64,000 bases of DNA from an uncultured Alistipes sp. (GTDB taxonomy: Bacteria > Bacteroidota > Bacteroidia > Bacteroidales > Rikenellaceae): positions 40,112 through 104,111 of the forward strand of contig CANPHE010000001.1 of assembly GCA_947573795.1 (NCBI GenBank), in the 5' to 3' direction. Below the pieces are notes generated by a model. It was given only the letters and a program-made list of their open reading frames with translations. It ran no database searches and had not been told where the DNA came from. Shown piece after piece: positions 8,258 to 15,800 of this stretch (its first letter is position 1; the number at the start of each line of letters is the position of its first letter). The position numbers and the translations under genes are program-made.

Positions 8258-9313
8258 TCATCCTTTATTGGATTCTTTTATGCTGGCATATTCCATGTCG
8301 ATTTTGTTAATTTCTACTGTTTTCGCATTTTTAAATTGGAATTTTTGATCGTCGAAAAAAGCATAATTTATTCCCCCTGTATGCATTGCACTCGCGTATT
8401 CAACTCCATGCACTTTTAATGAGGATTTAATGTACTCACAAAGATATTGAGTTGGCAGGTACTCTAAATCAGAGTCAGTTTTACGCAATGGTTTGGATAG
8501 AGCCTCTCTAAAATGATTAAGAATAGTTTTATTTGTTACATACTCTTGCAAGTTGATGTCTTCAATAAACGGGCTGATATTGTGAATATCATTTAATGAT
8601 ACAATAATAATATCTTCTACAAGTTCAAATTCTCCAATGCAAACATAATCTAAAAAAGATGCTCTAACCTCAAATAATGTTGTTTTGGGATCACTCGCAA
8701 GATACAAGTATGATATACCTTGAGGATTAGCTCGTCCTGAAGTTGTCTTTTGATAAGGTGGTTTACCTAAGTCAGATGCAGGATTAGAGAACCCATTTAT
8801 ATTATCACATATTCGAGCCCGGAAAAAAGATGTCCCTGCCTTTAATGTTTTGGTGTGTTTTTGCAATAGCTTGCTAACGATGTCACGGACAATTGCGTTG
8901 TTGTTGATGAAAAATCTATTAGTGCATTTAATTTCATTAACAAAATCTTGCCATATTTTATCGGAGTCGCTAGTCCCATCAAATTTTTCCTTAACGTGTT
9001 CTCCTTTTAGACTCTTATCAAGATAGTCAATTAACAGGTAATTTGTAATCGATTTTGCTATATCATCATTTGCGAAAATATTCCATTCTTTTTGTATTGT
9101 CGTGCTTAGACAATCTGCCACTGGATTATCCGTTTCTTCATACAAATCAAATAGCGGAACAAAGTAATCTAACAAATCCTCAATATCGACAATCGGTACA
9201 TTTTTTTGGTAACAGCAATTGCACGTTCCTATATTGCCTCGTGATAGGTCTTTGATAATCGGTTGTATTTCTACATCAACAAAACAATTCGGACAACAAG
9301 TCATTCTTGGCAT
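8258..9313 (-). CDS. RES-domain protein with N-terminal Cys-cluster (zinc-ribbon-like) and a middle region of unknown function; predicted NAD+-targeting effector
   Basis: 351-aa ORF. The RES signature is in canonical order: TSFFRAR (R165/R167), GRANPQGISYLYLASDPKTTLFEVR (E215), YLPTQYLCEYIK, GVEYASAMHTGGINYAFF (S308). The N-terminus has C6, C7, C10 and C31, C33, C34 (CCPNC...CNCC). The start is 1 nt after the upstream gene stop. Confidence 0.9.
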   Translation of the reverse strand: MPRMTCCPNCFVDVEIQPIIKDLSRGNIGTCNCCYQKNVPIVDIEDLLDYFVPLFDLYEETDNPVADCLSTTIQKEWNIFANDDIAKSITNYLLIDYLDKSLKGEHVKEKFDGTSDSDKIWQDFVNEIKCTNRFFINNNAIVRDIVSKLLQKHTKTLKAGTSFFRARICDNINGFSNPASDLGKPPYQKTTSGRANPQGISYLYLASDPKTTLFEVRASFLDYVCIGEFELVEDIIIVSLNDIHNISPFIEDINLQEYVTNKTILNHFREALSKPLRKTDSDLEYLPTQYLCEYIKSSLKVHGVEYASAMHTGGINYAFFDDQKFQFKNAKTVEINKIDMEYASIKESNKG

Positions 9314-9314
9314 T

Positions 9315-10268
9315 TTATTTCGTTGAAAAATGATTGTAAACTAATTGTAGGTGATTTAAAATAGATAATTTTTTAATACTACCTAAACCGGGATAGGATT
9401 CATCATGGTATATTTGTCTCAATTGTTGACAGGCATCTGTATTCATTTTTCGTTCGTCAATAAATGGAACTAACTTTGATAATGCCTCTGCAACTTTACC
9501 TGGAACATCTGAGTTGTCATCATTGCTGTCTGAAACAAAATGGTGAATCCGAAAAACATTGTCTGGAGAATCCAGGTATGTCAAATGGACTGCAACCGCA
9601 TAGGGCAAAAATCCACCTTCGCTATAATTATTCCCTATCGTTACATAATCTCCATATCCAGAATAGCCTTCTGATTCAAAAAATAAATGATCGTCACTAA
9701 AGAACTCATCGGCTGGATTTGCATAATCTGCATTCTTTTCTTTTGAGTTAAATCGATCCGCCAATATAACTAACTCGGTCCCTAGTGGTCTAATATTTCG
9801 GGATAATCGTCTAATAGTACTATCGTCGTATAAAATTGCATATTTAATAGATGTAGAGTTTAACAACTCTTTAAAATCTAATTCGTTTCTTGGCTGATCG
9901 GTTATTACCAATGAAATATTTTCTAGATTATAGTCCTTGATAAAGGATATTATTCGCTTCAGATTAACCTGCTCGTTGATAATAAATGTCGGCTGGTAGT
10001 TGTCATACTCTTTTAATTTATCGATAATGTTGTTTATTAAATTATCATATTTTTCAGATGATATTTCTCCGCATTTAGGGTTCAAAATAATGTTGAAATT
10101 GACACCATTTTGTACTAAAGAATCTATTGTTTTTAGTAATGTAGAGTTAACTTGTTTGATCGGTTCAATGATGGGAGATATAATATCCTTTTGCTTATAG
10201 AAGGAACACATATCCCTTAATGCAATCAATTCAAATTGTTTCCCTCTCAAATACGGAAAATATTTCAT
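9315..10268 (-). CDS. sce7725-like / Beta-protein (PF14350-like) family protein
   Basis: 317-aa ORF starting MKYFPYLRGKQFELIALRD. From memory, this N-terminal motif is diagnostic of proteins annotated 'sce7725 family protein' and resembles Beta_protein family members. An HMM check is needed. Confidence 0.8.
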   Translation of the reverse strand: MKYFPYLRGKQFELIALRDMCSFYKQKDIISPIIEPIKQVNSTLLKTIDSLVQNGVNFNIILNPKCGEISSEKYDNLINNIIDKLKEYDNYQPTFIINEQVNLKRIISFIKDYNLENISLVITDQPRNELDFKELLNSTSIKYAILYDDSTIRRLSRNIRPLGTELVILADRFNSKEKNADYANPADEFFSDDHLFFESEGYSGYGDYVTIGNNYSEGGFLPYAVAVHLTYLDSPDNVFRIHHFVSDSNDDNSDVPGKVAEALSKLVPFIDERKMNTDACQQLRQIYHDESYPGLGSIKKLSILNHLQLVYNHFSTK

Positions 10269-10280
10269 GACGTTGTGGTT

Positions 10281-11150
10281 TTAGATGCTTTCCAATTGTA
10301 TATTCAATACGCTCTCAAATCGGTCATAATACTCTGCTTTAAAATCAAGATTCCAAAACAGGTACTTAAACTCAGGAGGGACAATGGTGTCTGATTTGAA
10401 TAAATCCTTTTCCTTAATCGAGCGTTTCTTTAATTCAATAACGACCAAATCATGCAATGCGCAAACAGGGATTTCATGGAATCTTTCCTTGCATATGGAA
10501 AAATATTTGACCGGCGTTGTCTGCGGAATTTCTCCAAAATAACTTTGAAGTACATTCGTATACTCCTGTTTACGCAAACTCCTAATTATTACAGAACTAT
10601 CTAAATGGGCTATATCTTTTTGAGCCTCTCGAATGGTATGTAAAGCTCCTTTATCAGTTAAAGTAATAATACCAACTTTGTCGTCTATTTCTTTTGAAAG
10701 TTTCTCTACTAAATCCGCGTGCGTTACAACATATATATGCTCAAATACTTTTTTGTAATCTGCAATTTGACTTTCTAAACGATAAAGATTATCCAATTCT
10801 GTCTTTATTTCAAATACTTTGCTCGTACCATTCAACAAAACTAAATCCGCTATCGAACGGCCTATCTTAAATTCGTTAAGAATCGTGGTGGTATTCAAAC
10901 TATATTTGGCCAATAGCAATTTGTTTATGATAGAATTTTTATAGACATATTCGTTACGATATTCTTTTAAAAGCTTTCTATAGGCATATCTGTAAAACTC
11001 TCCAAGGGTATGAATAGATGAATCTTCGACCCCGTATTTCCTATATTTGGCTAATACGTACGAGTAATCATTCTCCACCAATAATTGCAGGAACTTACTG
11101 GTGGAGAATAAATTTGCATAACAGCGAAATATGGTTTTTTCTATAGGCAT
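10281..11150 (-). CDS. sce7726-like protein with PD-(D/E)xK nuclease-fold motif
   Basis: 289-aa ORF. ILNEFKIGRSIADLVLLNGTSKVFEIKTELD supplies E93...D102...E114-x-K116, a classical restriction-endonuclease-like core. From memory, its position directly upstream of the sce7725-like gene matches the sce7726/sce7725 pairing. Confidence 0.8.
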   Translation of the reverse strand: MPIEKTIFRCYANLFSTSKFLQLLVENDYSYVLAKYRKYGVEDSSIHTLGEFYRYAYRKLLKEYRNEYVYKNSIINKLLLAKYSLNTTTILNEFKIGRSIADLVLLNGTSKVFEIKTELDNLYRLESQIADYKKVFEHIYVVTHADLVEKLSKEIDDKVGIITLTDKGALHTIREAQKDIAHLDSSVIIRSLRKQEYTNVLQSYFGEIPQTTPVKYFSICKERFHEIPVCALHDLVVIELKKRSIKEKDLFKSDTIVPPEFKYLFWNLDFKAEYYDRFESVLNIQLESI

Positions 11151-11161
11151 GCAAAAAATTC

Positions 11162-11180
11162 CAAATATACAACAAATATA
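11162..11180 (-). promoter_or_regulatory. Two candidate Bacteroidota -7 boxes (TAnnTTTG) upstream of the operon
   Basis: Minus-strand TATATTTG occurs at 11162-11169 and again at 11173-11180, that is 12-30 nt upstream of the ATG at 11150. No clear -33 TTTG was seen. Confidence 0.35.
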
Positions 11181-11429
11181 GTGAATAAATTCGAATCCCT
11201 ATCACATAGAGAAATATATGCCTTAATATCCTTCCACGATAGCCTGCAGCGCAAATTAACAAGAAAGGACAAAGGATCCACTATAGTGCCCGAATAACAG
11301 CCACAATATAACGCTTCAAAATTTCAAATGAAACATATTTCTGCAAATAGCTGAAAAGACAAGTGTTACGAGAGAGCAGGATAGACTATTAACGGTCTAA
11401 TTTAGTGGGCGCTTCAGACCTCCCAATTG

Positions 11430-11465
11430 AAAAAGCAGTCGACCGAGCGGTCGACTGCTTTTTCG
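11430..11465. terminator. Perfect 14-bp hairpin flanked by A-run and T-run (bidirectional terminator) at the right edge of the AT-rich island
   Basis: The sequence is aaaagcagtcgacc-gagc-ggtcgactgctttt (11431-11462). Confidence 0.6.
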
Positions 11466-11530
11466 TTTTTCTCAAATAGGTGTGTTCCGGGGTGCGAATC
11501 CTTCGGCTCGCGCGGCAATCGCGGATTTTT

Positions 11531-11558
11531 GAAAAAAACGGAGCGGAAATATTCCGCT
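11531..11558 (-). terminator. Terminator downstream of the esterase / ECF-sigma operon
   Basis: The stem pairs agcggaa (11542-11548) with ttccgct (11552-11558). On the minus strand it is followed by a T7 run (the complement of gaaaaaaac at 11531-11539). Confidence 0.5.
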
Positions 11559-11613
11559 GCCGTGATTTCGGGCCGTGCGAAATTGCGAAGGTCTTAGGCC
11601 GCTGCATGGCCGC

Positions 11614-12369
11614 TCAATGTCCGAATACCCAGTTCAGACGTGCGTCGGTATAGCTTTGGGTACAAGTTTGTTCATGCGTCCATCCCTCCTGCGTTTCGAG
11701 CACGGCCTCTCCGCCGGATTCGACGAGTTTCTCCACGAACTGGCTTACGAGGCCGATATCCATGATTCGATCGGAGCTTCCCATAACCGTGAGCACCGGC
11801 GTTCCGGAGACATTTTCGATCCGGCAGCCCGACGGGTTCCCGGCTACGGGCATCGCTGCGGCAAATAGGCCCGGGTAGGCGGACAGCATGCTCCAAGTTC
11901 CGGTTCCGCCCATAGACCCTCCCAAAATGTAGATGCGTTCGGCCTCGGCCTCGCCCTGGAGGATATGCCCGTCGATCAATGCTTTCAGCACGTCGTTCAT
12001 CGCCCCGCCCCACGATCGCTCTTTCGGACATTGGGGCACGATAACGACGGCGGCGATACGCTGTGCGGCCAGATAGCTGCTTATCGCGCGTACGCCCGGC
12101 TCCTGCACCGGGCGCTCGTTGTCCGCACCCTTGCTTGTGCCGCCGTGCAGATAGAGTACCAGGGCGGTTTTCCCCCGTTCGTTTCCCGCTGCGATGACGG
12201 CTTTGCGGTAGGGTATGACGAGGCCCGAATAATTCCCGGATTCCCGGGTGAATACGATCTGCTCGGTCGTCGGTCCGTCGGCTTCCGGCTTCGGAGTCGC
12301 CGCATCCTCTTTCGAGCACGATGCGGCGACCCACGATGTCAACGCCAACAGCAGCATTCCGCATTTCAT
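11614..12369 (-). CDS. Alpha/beta-hydrolase family esterase lipoprotein
   Basis: 251 aa. It has a lipoprotein signal (LLALTSWVAASC), a GGSMGG nucleophile elbow (GxSxG) and LYLHGG. Its start overlaps the upstream stop in ATGA (12366-12369). Confidence 0.85.
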   Translation of the reverse strand: MKCGMLLLALTSWVAASCSKEDAATPKPEADGPTTEQIVFTRESGNYSGLVIPYRKAVIAAGNERGKTALVLYLHGGTSKGADNERPVQEPGVRAISSYLAAQRIAAVVIVPQCPKERSWGGAMNDVLKALIDGHILQGEAEAERIYILGGSMGGTGTWSMLSAYPGLFAAAMPVAGNPSGCRIENVSGTPVLTVMGSSDRIMDIGLVSQFVEKLVESGGEAVLETQEGWTHEQTCTQSYTDARLNWVFGH

Positions 12370-12839
12370 TTCCCGGGGCGGCTTATTCCGTTTCGGTTCC
12401 CGTTATCGGGATGCTTCGACAAACGATGCATCATCTGCCGTTCCAGTTCGTATACCCGCTTGATTTGTTTGGGGCGGAGCTTCTCGCTGTATTCCTCGTA
12501 GTATTTTTGTCGGATGTCCAGGATTTTGCGGCTGCGTTCGAAGCGGGCTTTCAACTCCTGTTCCGTCTGAGCTTCCGTTTCGGTCGCGGCATTTCGAGGC
12601 GCGCCTTTGCCGGCTCGCGGTCCGAGGGCCCAAATCTCTTTTTGACACCGGCAGAAGGTCTCGATGAACCATTCGGTGACGGAGGTGTCCAGCGCCAGTG
12701 CTTCGGCGATATGCCGGGCCTGCTTCTCGGCCAGTTGTTCGCGCGTCAGGCGCTGTCGGTCGTTGTTTTGGGCGTTTGCCGCCCCGCAGCAAACCGTCAG
12801 GGCGACGGCAAGCATGCATACGCTAAAAAAACGTTTCAT
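12366..12839 (-). CDS. Secreted hypothetical protein (coiled, E/K/R-rich; periplasmic partner in the ECF operon)
   Basis: 157 aa with signal peptide MKRFFSVCMLAVALTVCCGAANAQ. It is translationally coupled to the esterase gene. Confidence 0.7.
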   Translation of the reverse strand: MKRFFSVCMLAVALTVCCGAANAQNNDRQRLTREQLAEKQARHIAEALALDTSVTEWFIETFCRCQKEIWALGPRAGKGAPRNAATETEAQTEQELKARFERSRKILDIRQKYYEEYSEKLRPKQIKRVYELERQMMHRLSKHPDNGNRNGISRPGK

Positions 12840-12851
12840 AATGGTTGGATT

Positions 12852-13184
12852 TTATGGATTGATGAATAGGTCGTCCCGATAGACCGAAAGCAGATAGGTG
12901 CGATCCTCCGTACTGAGGTCGTCGAAGGCCCGTTCCACCTCGGCAAATTCTGCCGAAGGGATGCTCTCGGGGGCTTTGTCGAGGAGAAAAACCACCGCTA
13001 TGGCTGCCGCGGCCGTCGTTACGGCGCCCAGTGCGAGGCGCAGGAATCTTCGGCTTTTTTGAACTGCGGTTTCCCGACGGTCCAGTTCCCGAAGGATGTC
13101 CTCCTCCATTTGTTCGAAGAATCCGTCGGGTACGGTGTAGGGCATCCGTTTCCCGGGCCGGTCGAAATCGAAATCGGTTTTCAT
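12852..13184 (-). CDS. Putative anti-sigma factor (single-pass membrane protein)
   Basis: 110 aa with one hydrophobic span (LRLALGAVTTAAAAIAVVFLL). It lies 12 nt downstream of the ECF sigma gene. Confidence 0.6.
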   Translation of the reverse strand: MKTDFDFDRPGKRMPYTVPDGFFEQMEEDILRELDRRETAVQKSRRFLRLALGAVTTAAAAIAVVFLLDKAPESIPSAEFAEVERAFDDLSTEDRTYLLSVYRDDLFINP

Positions 13185-13196
13185 AGCTGTTCCTTT

Positions 13197-13733
13197 TCAG
13201 TCGTGCGAGTTCATGTATCGTATGATCTTCTCTTTGGCCAGATGGTAATTGGCTTTTGCCGCGCAAACCGTGGAATTAGTCGCCTCGGCGATCTCTTCGT
13301 AAGTCAGCTCGTCGTAGTAGCGCAGGCTGAATACGATCCGCTGCTTGGTCGGAAGCGACAGCAGGGCGTTTTGCAGCCGGACCGCCTCCAAGTCGCCGTA
13401 ATCTACGTAGGTGTCGGCTCGCGCGCCTGCGGCAGCGGCGTCCGCCGTCAGCGAGAGCCGTTCTTCGCGGTGGCGGCTCAGAATGCGCAATGCCTCGCGG
13501 GTCGCGATCCGGTAGATCCATGCGGTGAGCGAGCCGCGTGCATCGAACCGTCCGAAAGCACGGAATATCCGTACGAAGGTCTCCTGCGCAGCGTCCTGGG
13601 CATCCGCATGGACCGCGACGAGCCGGCGGATGTGCCAATAGACCGGCTCCTTGTAAGCCGCCATCAGCAGTCGAAAGCCCCGGTCGGGATGTGTTTTCAT
13701 CGCAAGGATGATCTCCTGGTCTTTTCCGGACAT
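13197..13733 (-). CDS. ECF-type RNA polymerase sigma-70 family factor
   Basis: 178 aa with a region-2-like segment (DAQDAAQETFVRIFRAFGRF) and a region-4 HTH (SLRYYDELTYEEIAEATNSTVCAAKANYHLAKEKI). Confidence 0.9.
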   Translation of the reverse strand: MSGKDQEIILAMKTHPDRGFRLLMAAYKEPVYWHIRRLVAVHADAQDAAQETFVRIFRAFGRFDARGSLTAWIYRIATREALRILSRHREERLSLTADAAAAGARADTYVDYGDLEAVRLQNALLSLPTKQRIVFSLRYYDELTYEEIAEATNSTVCAAKANYHLAKEKIIRYMNSHD

Positions 13734-13749
13734 GGTGCGACGCGAATTT

Positions 13750-14139
13750 TTATTGCAGGGTATAGGTCTTCTTCTTTCGCTCCGTGACAGTCAGCGTGAT
13801 CGGGTTGTCCGGATCGAAGGCGAAAGCATCGAGTTCGGCTTCGGCCGCGTCTTTCGGCAGTCCGGCCATTTTCGCATATTTCCCGACGGCGAGAGACGGG
13901 TTTTGCCGAAGATACGCAAGTGCCATTTCGAGCCGACCTTTTCGGTCGAAGCGGTTGCTGATGCGCAGCGCGATCGCCGGTCTTACCGGCGTGACAAGAA
14001 TCCGGTGCGGATACGGGCCGTGGCAATGCGGATAGAAATCGCGGCTGCGGTAGCGGTCGTGCAGCCGGGCGTCGGCCGAGCCGCAGTGTAGCAGGCAGAT
14101 CGCCGCTATAGTTCCTGTTTTCCGGAATAATGCGTTCAT
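13750..14139 (-). CDS. Hypothetical protein upstream of the sigma gene; start uncertain (may be only the C-terminal ~58 aa from MALAYLRQ)
   Basis: Track ORF 13750..14175, trimmed to the ATG at 14137-14139. The N-terminal half is H/C/R-rich and less protein-like. Confidence 0.4.
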   Translation of the reverse strand: MNALFRKTGTIAAICLLHCGSADARLHDRYRSRDFYPHCHGPYPHRILVTPVRPAIALRISNRFDRKGRLEMALAYLRQNPSLAVGKYAKMAGLPKDAAEAELDAFAFDPDNPITLTVTERKKKTYTLQ

Positions 14140-14344
14140 GGTTCCAAAGTTAGGTGATACATCGTTGTCGAGCAAACCGTTTTCGGGGCCGCTTTCTGTA
14201 TCTAAAACCCCGTCGGAGGGTGAAAGTCAAATGCAGGCGTGCATTTTTTTTCTTGCGGCGGCTCTCTGCCGGCTTCCTGTGGAAGGGGTTTTGCAGGATA
14301 TGATTTTCTGTTATCGGAATAACAGGAAAACCGAAATATTTTCG

Positions 14345-14352
14345 TAAATTTG
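14345..14352 (+). promoter_or_regulatory. Candidate -7 box (TAAATTTG) for pgk
   Basis: It matches the Bacteroidota TAnnTTTG consensus and lies 58 nt upstream of the pgk ATG. Confidence 0.35.
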
Positions 14353-14409
14353 CCGCGTGCTGGTTTCAGAATGAGTTTGTTTCCTATAAATAATTAAAAA
14401 TCAAAAGCT

Positions 14410-15672
14410 ATGATTTCGATCGACAACTACGATTTCAAAGGCAAACGCGCGATCATCCGCGTGGATTTCAACGTGCCCGTGGATGAGCAGGGCAACGTGA
14501 CGGACGACACGCGCATCCGTGCCGCCATGCCCACGATCAAGAAGGTGCTCGCCGAAGGCGGTGCCGTGATTCTCATGTCGCACATGGGACGTCCCAAGAA
14601 GAATCCCGATCCCAAATATTCGCTCGAGCAGATCATTCCGGCTATCGAGAAGAATCTCGGCGTGAAGGTCGAGTTCGCCGGCGACTGCATGGGTGAGAAG
14701 GCTGCCGAGATGTGCAAGAACATCAAGCCCGGTGAGGTCGTGCTGCTCGAGAACCTGCGTTTCTACGCCGAGGAGGAGGGCAAGCCCCGCGGTCTGGCCG
14801 CCGATGCCACGAAGGAGGAGAAGGACGCCGCCAAGAAGGCCCTGAAAGAGGGCCCGCAGAAGGAATTCGTCGCCAAGCTGGCTTCGTATGCCGACTGCTA
14901 CATCAACGACGCGTTCGGTACGGCGCACCGCAAGCACGCTTCGACCTATCTGATCGCCAAGGCGTTCCCCAATGACAAGATGTTCGGTTACCTGATGGAG
15001 AAGGAGGTCAAGGCGATCTCGACCCTGATGGAGGCTCCGGCACATCCGTTCTGCGCCATCGTCGGCGGTTCGAAGGTTTCGTCGAAGATCGGCGTCATCA
15101 AGGCGCTGATCGAGAAGGTCGATTCGATCATCATCGGCGGCGGTATGACCTATACGTTCGCTGCCGCTCAGGGCGGTAAGGTCGGCAATTCGATCTGCGA
15201 GCCCGACATGTTCCCCGTGGCGCTGGAGATCTTGGAGCTCGCCAAGCAGAAGGGCGTGCAGTTAGTCATGTCGCCCGACGCACTGATCGCCGACGCCTTC
15301 TCGGCCGATGCCAACACCTCGACGGCTCCCGCCAACGACATTCCCGAGGGTTGGGAAGGCGTGGATATCGCCGACGAGGGCAAGAAAGCCTTCCGCGAGC
15401 ATATCCTCGGCTGCAAGACGATTCTGTGGAACGGCCCCGTGGGCGTGTTCGAGATCGACAAGTTCGCTACGGGTTCCAAGGAGGTGGCGCTGGCTATCGC
15501 CGAGGCTACGAAGAACGGCGCCTACTCGCTCATCGGCGGCGGCGACTCGGTGGCCTGCGTCAACAAATTCGGCCTGGCCGATCAGGTATCCTACATCTCG
15601 ACCGGCGGCGGTGCTCTGCTCGAATACATCGAGTTCGGTACGCTGCCCGGTGTGGAGGCGATCGCCAAATAA
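14410..15672 (+). CDS. pgk: Phosphoglycerate kinase
   Basis: 420 aa. Diagnostic motifs are [22 protein letters not shown] and GGGDSVA. Confidence 0.97.
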   Translation: MISIDNYDFKGKRAIIRVDFNVPVDEQGNVTDDTRIRAAMPTIKKVLAEGGAVILMSHMGRPKKNPDPKYSLEQIIPAIEKNLGVKVEFAGDCMGEKAAEMCKNIKPGEVVLLENLRFYAEEEGKPRGLAADATKEEKDAAKKALKEGPQKEFVAKLASYADCYINDAFGTAHRKHASTYLIAKAFPNDKMFGYLMEKEVKAISTLMEAPAHPFCAIVGGSKVSSKIGVIKALIEKVDSIIIGGGMTYTFAAAQGGKVGNSICEPDMFPVALEILELAKQKGVQLVMSPDALIADAFSADANTSTAPANDIPEGWEGVDIADEGKKAFREHILGCKTILWNGPVGVFEIDKFATGSKEVALAIAEATKNGAYSLIGGGDSVACVNKFGLADQVSYISTGGGALLEYIEFGTLPGVEAIAK

Positions 15673-15696
15673 TTCGGTGCGAGCCGGTAATAGACG

Positions 15697-15729
15697 CGGG
15701 GTTCCGATTGCTCGGAACCCCGTTTTTTT
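15697..15729 (+). terminator. Rho-independent terminator after pgk
   Basis: The stem pairs cggggttccg (15697-15706) with cggaaccccg (15713-15722), followed by a T7 run. Confidence 0.7.
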
Positions 15730-15800
15730 CGGGGTTCGGACCCGGATGAACGAAGGCGCGCGAAAACCGGAGTCTTCGCGCGCCTGTGCTTCGCAGCGGA

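Larger units (their letters stand above)
7095..11400. other. Low-G+C compositional island (probable horizontally acquired cargo) abutting the integrase
   Basis: Hand counts of sampled 60-nt lines: 9301-9360 is 25 % G+C, 10561-10620 is 32 %, and 12001-12060 is 67 %. The shift is visible by eye from about 7.1 kb, is strongest from 7.94 kb, and ends near 11.39-11.43 kb. Confidence 0.7.

Noticed and set aside
8258-9313. Interpretation as a classical Xre-RES type II toxin-antitoxin pair
   Set aside because: No Xre/DUF2384-type gene is adjacent. The only XRE regulator (1567..1815) is 6.5 kb away in the integrase module. The RES gene is instead translationally juxtaposed to the sce7725/sce7726-like pair.
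11470-11500. Possible tRNA 3' fragment (ggggtgcgaatcc, reminiscent of a T-loop) as an integration target at the island border
   Set aside because: The flanking bases do not form a T-stem (cgggg vs ccttc). No acceptor stem or anticodon arm could be built. I found no tRNA, rRNA, tmRNA or RNase P signatures anywhere in the window by eye; a tRNAscan/Infernal run would be decisive.
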